From: Lama guanicoe
Taxonomy: Eukaryota
NCBI GenBank assembly: GCA_013239625.1
Contig: MU054187.1
Location: forward strand, 21,951,280 to 22,015,279
DNA: 64,000 nucleotides
Direction: 5' to 3'
The first letter of the stretch is position 1; every line of letters starts with the position of its first letter. The translations under genes and the position numbers were made by a program. Below, piece by piece: positions 45,853 to 58,340 of this stretch. The notes under the pieces were generated by a model. That model was not told the DNA's origin. It saw nothing but the letters and a program-made list of their open reading frames with translations, and did no database searches.

Positions 45853-47816
45853 AGTCACCTATCTTTTCTGAGATGTTAATTTTGCTCTCAAGATTTTGCT
45901 ACATTACTGACTTGCTGTAATTGCCTTAGGTTGTTTTGTGAACAGTCAGGCTAATGTCCTGATTTCTTCCACATTTGTCCACTTGCAATTTGAAAAACAC
46001 TGAAGCTCTGAATTCTGTGTGTTCAGACTTGGAGTTGGATAAGGTTTCAGGCAGGAGCAGTAATGTCCTTGAGACCCTATTTGTCAATCTCCTTTGAGAT
46101 TTGTTCATGTTTTTTCTGGCAATTCATGAAGAAATAAACATTACTAGTGATTCACCTTAGATGATAGTCAGCTTCTAAAAAGGAAAGAACATTTCCATTA
46201 TATAAGATCTACTTTAAAGCAGCAATTCATTGCTAACTGTAAGTGCCCAAACCATTTTCTGGTGACCAACTAAAGCTAGTATTTTTCTGTACTTTTCTGG
46301 ATTAAAGCTAAAGAAATGGAAACTATAATTTTCGTCAACCTCAGCAAAAATTGTATAAAACGATGACATATACAGGATAAGTTCTTAGGAAGTGTTTACT
46401 TTCTCTATTTGCTAGGCTGGTAAATGTAGAATGTATTTAACATATATTTCTAAGATATATAAATATATCTGAATATACATATGTGTGTAATTAATTTTCC
46501 CAGGTCTCACCACCTACAGTACAAATAGAGTCACCTTAACAGAAACAATTCAAATCCTACTAACTTTCTAAAGCTGACCCTTGATCAAGAAGAACAGAGC
46601 TTCCTTGCTAAGTATTTAGGGGAGATTTGAGCCCAGGAGTTGAGCTTAAAGAGAGCTATGTCATCATATTGAATGAAAATCGACCTTTCTTTCTGAAGAC
46701 TGGAGTTTCCTTACTGAGTCTAGTGCCTTGTGTCTGAATCCTCCAGTTAACACGGTCTCTCTTGGAAGACTCTTCAGCCCTCTTGCAAACCTCTTTCAGT
46801 TGGCCCAGACGCCAAGTTCCTCAGACACATCCGTGTACTCCTGAGTCCTGGTGACAAGTCCAGTGAGGACTCTTGCCACATAGAGGATCCCTTATATAGA
46901 GAACTTTTTTTTAATAAGGAGCTTCCCTTTAGATTAACTCTGTCAAATAGCCATGTTTGTTAAGGATAATTATTCTAATTCTGGAGGTGAGAAAACTGAA
47001 CTACAGCAAGGCTAAATAATTTGCTAAGGTAAGTGGTGGTCCCAAGATTAGTACCCAGACATTTCAGAATCTAGCCCAGAAAGCTGGGAGTCCCTACATC
47101 TATTTTGGATATGGGGTTAGATGACACCCTCTTTTCTCTGTTATCTAGTCCCACTGGCTCACTTTACAATGGCTGAGGAAGCACAGGTGAGCAGACTGGG
47201 AACCTTGTCTAGAACTGGGATCCAATGTGTATTCGTGCCTGATTAGCTAGGAGAGGGGAAAATGGCAGAAGGCAAGTTATCAGAAGGAACTCTGGGGCCC
47301 CTAAAAGAATTGGTTGCAAGTGAAAAGAACCAGAGGGGAGCAGGAGATCTGGATCCAGTGTGGGGCTGTCATTGGAACCCACCCTCATGCCAGATGAAAG
47401 TCTCCTCCCACTATGGGGAAGAAGGCATGCATTTAAACTGAGTGAGCTCTTACCACTCTTACATGACGCTGCTGACCAGCAGAGCTAATCCAGAGGAAAA
47501 AGAGGCTGCCTCTTCCTTTTTCCGAGGAGTTTTTAAACAGATCATCAAGTGATGGTGTGCAGTGAGTGGCAGCAGGCAAGAGAGCAATGGTCCTGAGGAC
47601 ACTGCGAGATGTAACTGGCATCTGCTTAAGTAAAGCCTCATGAGCCCTGACCTGCTGTTCATCATGGGAATGATGGATCCAGACAGATTCATGAGCCCAT
47701 GGAGATGACCCTTGGGGATGCTCACAGATAAGAGGGAGTGAGAGAGACCCTTAGAATTGTCTGAATGATGTCATTGAGCTGAAAGATGAGTCTAAATAAC
47801 ACAATGACCTCATTTG

Positions 47817-48386
47817 TTTCTTTTGTTTTGCTTTTTTTAATTTTATTTTTTAGTGGAAATTGATTTACAATGTTAGTTTCAGGTGTACAGCAAAGTGATT
47901 CAATTATACATATACATAAATACATACATCATGTATTTTCAGATTCTTTTCCATTATATATTATTACAAGAAATTGAATGTAGTTCCCTGTGCTATACTG
48001 TAGGTCTTTGTTGTTTATCTATTTTATACATAGCAGTTAGTATCTGCAAATCTCGAACTCCCAATTTATCCCTTCCTCCCCTTTCCCCTTTGGTAACCAT
48101 AGTTTGTTTTCTATGTCTGTGAGTCTATTTTTGGTTTGTAAATAAGATTTGTATCTTTTTTTTTTTTTTAGATTCCACACATAAATGATATCACATAGTA
48201 TTTTTCTTTCTCTTTCTGGTTTACTTCACTTAGTATGATAATTTCTAAATCCATCCATATTGCTGCAATGGCATTATTTCATTCTTTTTTAATCGTTGAA
48301 TAGTATTCCATTGATTATATATATTCCATTGAATATATCTTCTTTATCCAGTCATCTGTTGATGGACATTTAGGTTGTTTGCATGT
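47817..48386 (-). mobile_element. 5'-truncated L1 3' end with TSD
   Basis: Antisense L1 3'UTR and ORF2 end; 16-bp TSD acaatgacctcatttg (47801-47816) / acagtgaccttatttg (48387-48402). Confidence 0.88.
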
Positions 48387-49989
48387 ACAGTGACCTTATT
48401 TGAATCTACAGGTTAATGAGGTCAGCAGACAAACTAAATACATCTGGCTTTAGGAATAACAGTTTACTGTTTGTGCCTGGTTAATGATTCTAAGGATAAG
48501 GTTAGAATACACCTCATTTTCTAAATTTGAATTTTGTTTATTCCAAGTCTTAGCATGACTGACATCAATTCCTTCTTTCTTTAATTTTTCCCATGGCCTG
48601 TGATGATCTGAAGGCCTGGTCTAACGATAAAATAATGTTCTTTCTCCAGACAGTGTGCTTTAAGTTCAGAAATACATTGGCGTATATTTGTTTTCTTTCT
48701 ATTTTCTTTTAATGCTACATTGGCTTATTTATATTTTCAGAAAGAGCACGTCTGTGAATACAAAATGTCGATTTGTAAGGGTTACATTTCAGATGTCATT
48801 TGAGATGCATTGACATTTGCTTATTAAAAGTTTAGGAGCTGAGGACTTTAAGACTTTTCTTCTCTTTATTACTCAATATTGACTGAGACCCAAAGAACAC
48901 TTGGGCCCAGAGCTCTAGAAGTTACACGTTTATAAAGCAGTTGCCTCCCGATTGCTGTCTCTACTGGGCCACTGTCTAAAAACCACTTCAATCTCTAGAC
49001 CCAGAAAGTCTTTGAGCAAACCTATTTCTACGAGGGAAAAAAAATGAAGGACTCTCTTTTCTCTGTTGTCTGCCACTAGTTATGCAACACTGGGAGCAGT
49101 TGGTTGGTTTCAAGAGGGATTCCCTTCAGTGAAGTTGGTGCTATGAAATCTGTCTGTTTTCTTTCCTTGTTATCTAAGGGAGAAGTAAAAAGTTATACTG
49201 CAAGTATCATCTATTCTGCGGGTTTTTCTCCCCCATGCAAAACCTAACTGGTGGGCCGCTAACTGAACCTACTTCCCCTTCTGGAAAGGGGAAATTCAAG
49301 TTCAGAGTTAAATAAACCTCTTCTCCGCCTCCATTTAATCACAGAAGTAGAGAATGAATAATCAGGGGAAAAAATCTATTTCTATATAGAGCTTTCTTGG
49401 AATTCAGAAAAGGTTTTGTTAAATTTTCAGATGCTTTAAATTAAGAAAGTCCTCTATGAGGAAAAAAAAATATTTGCCTTTGTAGCTAAAGGTGTGGGAA
49501 GGAAAAAATACCCTAGGCTTTAATTTTAAAAATCAAAATTTTGCCATTTATGAGAACAGGCAGGAGGGAGGAGAGAGCTCTCCAATCAGGAGTTAGAAAT
49601 CCTTCCACCTTGGTCCTTAATACTTGCGAATCACAGGCTTTCTTATACCCTCCTATTCACAGGTCTAACCCTCCCCCCACCCCACTCCTTATAATCAGCA
49701 CACATATTTTTCACAGGGATCGCTGCATGGGAAAGGCTTCATGATCTCCAGCAGAGTCTTGTGCTTTCAGGTAAATAAACTTTGAAAACTAATAATATAC
49801 ATTTGAAAATGTCATCATGTTTGTTTAAAAGAACAAAGAGAAGTATGACCCTGAAGTTCTGCAATGTACTCCTGATGGCTTTTCAAAGGAGTAAAACATA
49901 AAAGATATTTTTTGTGGGTTGACTGTTTGTCAGGATATGTAACATGAAGTTCTGCTGGTTATGAAAGGACTCTGTGCTACTTCACCAGC

Positions 49990-50190
49990 CACTTACCGAG
50001 TCTTCATTATGTATCAGACACACAGGCCAATTACTGACTCATCTTAATACCCTCAATGACCCAATGAGGTAATACTCCTGTCATCCCATTTTAAAAGTAA
50101 GTAACTGAATCACAGAGAGATTAAGCACCTCACTTAAAGTCATGCAGCTTGTAAGATGGAGAAAGGATTTAGACAGGACTCCACAGCTGT
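49990..50190 (-). mobile_element. MIR SINE
   Basis: cccaatgaggtaatact...catcccattttaaaagtaagtaactgaatcacagagagattaag. Confidence 0.65.
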
Positions 50191-50492
50191 CCTGTATCCC
50201 ACTTTGAAACGACTATAGCATCAACTTGGAAAAATCTCTCATCTTTCATTGTATATTTAAAACCTGTATACTTTCAATAGCAAATGGATTGAAATTCCAT
50301 CAGTTAGTCATACAACTGTCTCAAAACTAGACACATTTAGGAAATCATTCAGTACATTTGATAAAGAAGGTAGCTTATTTGTAACTACTTAATTGTAAGT
50401 AACCTCATGAAAATTCATAATTGCATCAAGTATATGGCCTTTCTTTCAGGTCAAAAATCAATATTAATTTATTCCAAGTACTTAAGATGTAT

Positions 50493-50561
50493 CATCTATC
50501 TATCTATCTATCTATCTATCTATGTATCTCTCTATCTATCAATCAATCTATCTATCTGTCT
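50493..50561. repeat. Compound (TCTA)n/(TCAA)n tetranucleotide repeat
   Basis: Directly visible. Confidence 0.9.
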
Positions 50562-52471
50562 AATCTTTACATATTCTACTCAAAATTCCACTCCCCCAAA
50601 TATAAATTAGATTGCAAGGGTTTGGAAGCTAATGAACGTCAAATGAGAACAATCTCAGAGTGTTAGGAATTCACTGGATGGAGAAGACAATATTTTTATG
50701 GTTCACATAAGTGATTTCATAAGAACAAACAGCCCATAATTCACCATATCTTTTTCTCATATTTTTATGCTCCATTTGCAAAGATAAATTTAAAAATTGT
50801 GTTTACTTGCCTTTTTTCTACAATAAATTTATTTTTCTTTAATGGAAACTTACTGTTTCAGAGTTGGGTTGATCAATGGAAGGATTTTTAGAAGTAAAGG
50901 GATCAGCTAGCTTGATGAGTCAGATACAAGTCAAAGAAAAATACAAGTGGTTTCTATTACCTTATAAAGAGACATTTCAAGGTGCTACTATTTCAAAGCA
51001 CATTCATCCTGGTAAAGACACAGGTCATAAACCACAGCTCCATGAATCAGGAAATTAATGGTTATAATTTTAGTATGCCAGATCTTGGGAGAAAAGCAAG
51101 ATTTGTTTTTGTAAAGTTAAAAATAATGACTAACAGATGCAAAAGATCAATTCTGAGGAGAAGAAAGGATGGTATAAAAAAGAGGGAAAAAAATCACATC
51201 ACGGTTATCAGTAAATATTGTTGTCAAATTAATAGAAAATGTTAGAAAAGAAGAATATTTGCATGAGAGAGATGAGTTTAAGAGTCAGGAGGGAGTGGGT
51301 GGTGCAAAGAACAGGACTAACAAAATAATTAGAATATTCTGCCTATGTTGGAAGGAGGAAATGAGATGAAAGCCTTTAAAACTATGAAAACAAATTTCTT
51401 ATGGTTGTAGAAGTGTACTTTTTAAAATTATTAACCACTAGTATTTAGTCCTCTTTCTTACTTTGAATATAAGGAGCTAAAAAGAAAAATGTAATTGTAA
51501 AATAACTCAAATTCCTGGAACTAATCTATTCATTGAAAACTGTAATAGACAATATTTTAATTTAGAATTGCAATAATCTATGAATTCAGGAAGAGTGTGG
51601 ATCCAGTGACTTTAGCTAGGAGTCACAAACTGACTTTCTTAACCCTAAGAACAAACACCACAGCTTGGATTCAACACAGTTTCAGTTTCCTCAACTGAAA
51701 GTCAATTAGTCAGTACTTTTTAAGGCCCTCTATGTCCCCAGTGCTGAGGAAGAAGTGGAAATATAAAAGAAATGAGTAAAACACAAATTTTGTCTCAAGC
51801 AGCTTGCAAATATGGCAGAATTTTCTATGGATAATTATTTAGGTTTTATTTCCTTTAATGCACTTTGAAAAAGGCAGAAAAATATCCAAGTATTACAAAT
51901 GACAAAACAATTGGAAATAGTTTCAACACATTCTTCTTGTTTATAATTTTGAGCAGAAAGTAGCCATTATGAAGTCTTTATATCATTACGAGGGTGCATA
52001 AGATCAACACTCAGCTTTGATCCACTCTGACCCAGGACCCCAACACAGCTTCCAACACAATTGAGGGATCCTGCAGGGGGGCAGGGGCTCTCACAGGATC
52101 ACTGATCTATAGTTTGTCTCCCCCACAAGTTATCACATCACATTCTGGGTGAACAGAGCTCAGCCTTGCTCTGGGCAGTCTGCTCACTCACTGGCTTAGA
52201 ATTGTCCTCGCTTGCGTCATGGTCTCATCCACTCACTTGGTCTTGGCCCCTCAGTCTGCTCTCCTGGAAGCTCCCTGCCTTGTCTCCTTTTTCTCTTTTT
52301 ATGACTTCCTTGTGGCTTTTGAGGGATCCCCCTCCACCCCAGTTTTCCTTCTCCTTTGCCCCTATTTTTGTCTTCTCTTCTTGAAATACTCTAGAACTCA
52401 TACTTTAATTGCTCCTGAATCAGAAGTAGAATTCTAGCTATGTTCACACCTGCACATAATCATATTCCTTA

Positions 52472-53026
52472 TTTTACCCCAAAAGGAAAAGCAAAAGACC
52501 CCAGTTCTTGTCATACCCAAAAGACAAGATTGTAGGCAGGAATGGAGAGCACTGTGTAGCAAAAGATTTTAAAGGATTTATTTGGACCAGAAAAGTACAC
52601 CTCCAAGACTGGGGGATGGGCTGATCCAAGGGGCAACAGCAATGGTCTTTGTGTGTCTTTTCTCTTACACCCTCACTTGGAGGTGGTCTCTTGACTGATT
52701 GACGGCTCTTGTCCCTGGAGTGCTTAGTCATGTTTGTCCCCTTTTGTGCATGTCCTTACCCATGATGCATACAGAAAACCCATTGGGTGGGAAAGTTAAA
52801 CCACAGTGTTAATTATATTACAATGAGCACTGGGTCACATCTGGTTAGGTCCTTATCACTACCATGCAGTTGGGGCTGTCAGGTTCTAACCAGTCTCTTG
52901 CTGCCACTCATTTAGGGGAAGTAAAGACCCTTTCTGCCGGAGGCGGGCATAGCACCAGCTTCTGGACCACCCTCCCTCTCCTCCATCTATCTGCCCAATG
53001 CCCCCCACTTATCTAACTAGCTAACA
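52472..53026 (-). mobile_element. ERV1-class solo LTR (copy A)
   Basis: About 555 bp; the reverse strand starts TGTTAG and has AATAAA (atttatt on plus); ccagttcttg...atttatt...aaagtacac layout resembles reversed ERV1 LTRs. Confidence 0.65.
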
Positions 53027-54544
53027 TATACAAAACTCCTTTATTTACAAACAACATACAAATGGCATAACTAGGACCTTATATTTGCATCTGATCTCAA
53101 AGTCTGCTTTCCTTTTTTCTTCCTCTCCCCTCACATTGATACAGAGTTTATTTCCAGAACTCTGTAATCACCCTGTTGTGGGAGAAGGGACAGTTTTTTC
53201 ATAGCAGATGACATTACACTGTCTGTGTGGGCAATGTTTAAGTTAAGCAGAGCCTTGTAGAATGATCTAAACGTACAGCCTATTGAAATAACTCTACCCC
53301 AAATCTTCCATTTCCTGAATTAGAGAGTTCCCCATATTGGGTCTAATACTTGCCCATGAAAAATGAAGAAACTAAATGCTAGGAAAGGAAATTCCAATGT
53401 CCAGGCTACTGTCCTATTTTTTTCTCCCCGGGATTCGTAGTCACAGAAGTCTTCAGTATGCAAGATAAATGATGCCTCTCACCCCAAAATAGTCTCTGTG
53501 GGGAGAAAGATGCATGAGGCCAAGCAGGCAAGACCTTCGCTCCAGTCTTGCATTTCTCTCTTCTCTCCTGGAAAGGCAGATCCCCAGCTCCACGCCACCC
53601 ACCTCTGAACACTCTTCTATCCACAGAGATCAGTGACTCTTCTCAGTTACAGGGCTTGAGCCATCAAGTCCAATCTGATTTTGGGCACAATGACTAGAAA
53701 ACTGGTTTGCTTTGCTACGGTTTACCACCAATTCCCAACTGCCGTATTCCTCCGTGCCCGGGGCGCTGAGTGGATTACCAAGACACAGGCTAATTTGCTC
53801 TGCGACTAACGATTTGTCTTGCTGTGAAAGTTTAAAGTTTGAAACAGTCCTCCCAGGAACTGTTTTTGAATCTAAATCAGAATGCCTTGCTTTCACGCTC
53901 TGCCCAGCTCAGCAGTAAGTCCTGAAACATTCATCTTCATTTGGACTTCTGATGCTGAATTCCTGGGCGGCTTCCTTTTTCCTTCTGTCATGTGCCACCA
54001 AGCCTCGTTAGCCTGACTAGACTTTCCTCTGCTGGGCTTCTCTAAGCTCTGGTCTGACTCCACTTGCTCTGTCCATTTTTGGCTCCCTAAGGCCTCATTC
54101 ATGTGGCCAGTCATTTTGCCTATCACACTCATGTTGAAGTTTGGGAGACCAGGGCTAACATATGTCAGTGCGAACACAGTCACGAATTTTACAAGAAACA
54201 AAAAATCATAATGCATATAAACTATCATGCTGAGTGAAACGATGTTTCTTTCTGCACCCAGGGGACTTGGATCTTATTTTCAATTGAATATCTTTAATGT
54301 GTTCAGCACTCATTTGTGTGTTTTGTTTCATTTCCCTGGTTTAATGAAAGTGAGATTCATTTCTTTTTTCTTTTCTTTTTTCCCAATGAGCCTTTATCTC
54401 AGCTGAAAATGTTCAAAACGGCATTATACCAGGTAATTGGATTTCATGGTGAAATGAGGGCTCAACAAAACACCCTGTTATTTGTTTCCTCATAGAAACA
54501 TTTCTGAGATACAATAGATTATTTTTCCCTTAGTACACAAAACA

Positions 54545-54900
54545 GAGTAGTCCCTCTTTATCCGCAGTTTCATTTTTCACGGTCTCAGTTATCCGTAGTT
54601 AAATGTAGTCCGGAATATTACATGGAAAATTCCAGAAATAAACAATTCATACGTTTTAAAGTGCATGCCCCCCCAGCTGTTCTGAGGAGTGCGATGAGAT
54701 CTCATGCCCTCATGTGCCGTCCTGCTGGGTCCTCCTGGGAACACGAATCATTCCTTTGTCCAGCATTTCTACTCCGTATCTGCTACCCACCTGTTGGTGT
54801 AGGAAAGAACATAATATGTAGAGGCTCTGGTACTAACAGTAGTTCCAGTCGTCCACTGGGGATCTTGGAGCATATTCCTGAGAATAAGGGGGGACTACTG
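54545..54900. mobile_element. MER44A-like (Tigger-derived) non-autonomous DNA transposon
   Basis: TIRs gagtagtccctctttatcc / gaataaggggggactactg followed by TA; internal atggaaaattccagaaataaacaattcata. Confidence 0.85.
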
Positions 54901-55224
54901 TACAATAAATGGATTGACTCTTATTTGGGGGATTTTGGTGCTTGCATGCTTTAAGGTACTGGATCTTTAAGGTCAAATTTATTCAATTCTTTCAATTTTG
55001 TGCCCTTAATGATGAATAGATTCTGCCTTAAGAAATCTTAGAGCCCAACAGGGGAACATAATTCTCACATAGAAAGTGATGGTCACGTGGAGCAGAATGC
55101 ACCAGTGCCTCAGTAGAGCAATTTGATTTTCCTAAGAACGGGAACTCCAGAGGTGACGGGGTATTGGAATGGCTAAGGAGCCATGTCTGTCTAGTCATTC
55201 CACAAACAACACCTGGGCACTTTC

Positions 55225-55522
55225 TGTTGCCCCAAAAGGGGAAGGGAAAAGACCCCAGTTCTTGTCTTACCCAGAAGAGAAGAACTCAGACAGGAGAGGG
55301 AAGAACTGTTCAGTGAAAGATATTTGAAGGTCTATTTAGCAAAGAGAAAGTACGCCTTCTAGAACGGGAGGTGGGCTGAAGCAAGGGCAGACAGCACTGG
55401 TCTTTGTTCCCTCCTTCTCTTGTACGCTCACTTAGAGGCGGTCTCTCCTTACCTGCGACGCACACAGAAAAACCCATGGGGAGGTTAAACTGTGGTGTTA
55501 ACTATCTTACAATGAGCATCAG
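55225..55522 (-). mobile_element. Truncated second copy (B) of the same ERV1-class LTR family
   Basis: Colinear with 52472-52830 (aaagaccccagttcttgtc, aaagtac, ctcactt.gagg.ggtctc, cagaaaa.ccat, ttacaatgagca), with an internal deletion. Confidence 0.7.
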
Positions 55523-55932
55523 GTGGTGTGGCCATTTATTTACTCAGACTGAAAGCATTTTTAACTTTTTATAAAATGTTTTCTTTTCTCTCTTGGGAAT
55601 GAGCCACCCACATCCTGCTGGCAATTAACCAAATCACAGTGCTCTTGAGAACGGAGGTTACTTATGCCCAGATGGGGTTGTCATTTACCACTAAGCTGAC
55701 AGCTACAGCGTAGTCTTCATACATACCTGGATTAGTATCAGATGTGCTCTCTTTTATAGCTATCTTGAACTTTATTTTTTTTTCTGCAAAAAAATTAGAC
55801 AAATGGGTTATTTATCTTTACATCAAACTACAACATAATCTATATCCAGTAAGATCTTTAACTCAGATAATGCTTGTAATTATCTCTATTTTATCAGTCT
55901 ATCCCAAGACATAGAGACATAGAGAGAACTAC

Positions 55933-56636
55933 TGTGGAAGGCTGCTTCTAAAATGACTGCTTTTTTAAAAAAAATAATTTTTATCTATTTGTTATTATTA
56001 TTTTTACTGTCTTTAAGTCCTTCTTTTTTTTTTTTTTAAGTGGAAGAACTGGGGATTGAACCTAAGACCTCATGCATGCTAAGCATCAGCACTACCACTG
56101 AGCTGTACCCACCCCCTAAAATGACTCCCAATGAACCGCCTTACTGCTGTTCACTCCCCACTTGTTACTCCCCTCCTCTTAGGTGTGGGCTAGACCTAGT
56201 ACCTTGTTCCTAATGAATAGAATGTGGCAGAAGTGACGGGACGTTACTTCTGAGATGAATGCATAGAAACAGACTTTCATCTTCCTGGAGCTCTCTGTCT
56301 CTTGCTGTCTTGTCTTGCTCACTTTGACGAGGCAAGATGCCATGCTGGAAAATTCCGTGCTGCAAGGAAATAAAGGCAGCCTTCAGCCAACATATAACAA
56401 GGACCTGAATGCTGCCAACAAGCTCATGAGGGAGCCTGGAAGTGGATCTTACTGCGTCGACTCTTGAGATGACCGTTGCCCCAGCCACCACCTCTTTTTC
56501 AGCCTCTCACCCTGAAGCAGAGCACGCAGCTAAGCCATATGCAGATTCCTGACCTACAGAAGTTGAGATAATGTGTTGTTGTCTGAAACCACAGGGCTTA
56601 AGGGTAACTGTTACATAGCAATGGATAACTAATACA
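55933..56636 (+). mobile_element. MaLR solo LTR (MLT1F-like) interrupted by a SINE
   Basis: tgtggaaggctgcttctaaaatgact...gtgtgggctagacctagt...aatagaatgtggcagaagtgacgg...gcaatggataactaataca. Confidence 0.8.
55959..56115 (-). mobile_element. tRNA-Ala-derived SINE with long composite tail
   Basis: Antisense SINE body 56040-56115; TSD ctaaaatgact at 55948-55958 and 56116-56126. Confidence 0.88.
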
Positions 56637-57559
56637 ACGAATAAGGAGCTAGGTCATAGTGTTAAATAATATTACCATTAATATAGTATTAACAATACTA
56701 TTAAACTATTAAAATATATTGACAATGGTATGAAAGAGTACAATGTTAATTATAGTTATAATATTAGAAAGCTCATTACTAGTGAGTTTCATATGTGGAA
56801 ATCTCTATTCTATGAATTTTGTGTATATTACTTTATTTAATCTTCACCATAACCCATGAGAGAGTTAACACATTTACTTGCATTTCACAGATGAGGAAAC
56901 AAAAGTATTGAAATATACAGAAGTAAGATTTGAAGCCAACGTCCACACTCTGAACAACCATGCTGTGAGATGGCAAAGACGGGAAAAAAAATCCCCTCTA
57001 TCTGCCAGCATCACTGGGTTTCCAAGAACATGATGTCTTTCCTTTCCATAGCAGGGTCCTGCTCCCATCATCCGTGTTGGGATCTGACTTGGCTTTATCC
57101 TTGGTCTGTATATATAGTAACCTTAGTCCAAGCTCCTTGAGGGTATGAACCACCAGGCATGTGGCAAGTACAAGACAGACGTCTCCTAATGCGTGGATCA
57201 ATGCGCGATTGCACATTCCACCTTTGCCACTGGGGGACGGAGCTGCTGCCGCAGCTGGTAGCATGGAACAATTGTGGGAGTTGGTGATGCGTTGGATGTA
57301 CAAATGTGAGGGGCAGGTTCTCCCCCAGCACGGGGCGGGTGGGGATTTACTTGTCTTTGCTTCCTTTCAATGATTTCTTTGCATAGTTCTAAACTCTAGG
57401 CTCTGCTTATGACAGAAAAATACATGAAGGTGATTTATCATCTCATGTTTTTACTCCATTGTCATTATGGAAGATGATAATGACTGCAATTTCAGATCCT
57501 TTGAACTGAGCGGCAGAGAAAAGGTTTTTTCATCTAAATGATACTTTTTCTACCATATA

Positions 57560-58340
57560 ATGCTTGTGGGAGTATCACTAAGAAAATCCTCTAAGAAGGA
57601 AAATTTTGCAATTTATATCAAAATCACAAATGCACAGACCTTTTGATCCAGCAATTCTACTGCAAGGAATTTATTTTACATAGATATGTGAGGTGATAAT
57701 ATTTTTAAGAACAAAAGATAAGAAGCAACTAAATTGCGTATCAGTAAGAGGCTGGTTTAAATAAATTATGGCATATCCGTCCTCAGAAGGGAATATGCAG
57801 CTAAAACAAAATGAAACAGATGAATAAAGGAGATATTTCATAAGTTGATTTGGAATTATTTCTGAAATATATTAAGTAAACAAATTAAGGAGAAGAGGAG
57901 GGTTTTTGTACTAAATTTGTGTTAATAAAAATTAGATTGTATACATTGAATGATTTTAAAGTATATAAGACAAATTCTTTGACAGTCTTCTCATGAAAAG
58001 ATAGAGCTTCAGTGGGGTAGCATGCACAAGGTCCTGGGTTCAATCCCCAGTACCTCCATTAAACAAATTAATTAATTAATAAATAAACCTAATTACCCAC
58101 CCACCTCAAAAAAGAGAAAAGGTGGAGTCTAATTCTCCTCTCTTGTGAGTGTGGGGATACATTAGATACTTGCTTTTATAAATATAACATATGCTTAGAC
58201 TCATATTTGTGACATTGAAAACTTTGAGTGCCTCTAGGGAAGAGAACTTGGTCACTGGGCACAGAGCGAGCAGATACATGTCTCTAATACATACTCTCTG
58301 TACCTCTTGGATTTTGTGATTACTTATTTAAAAATAAATT
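57560..58340 (+). mobile_element. Old L1ME-type fragment with nested MLT1-like piece and SINE
   Basis: accttttgatccagcaattctactgcaaggaatttat...ataaattatggcatatcc. Confidence 0.65.
58005..58115 (+). mobile_element. tRNA-Ala-derived SINE (5' part deleted)
   Basis: tagcatgcacaaggtcctgggttcaatccccagtacctcca...aaataaacctaattaccc. Confidence 0.85.
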
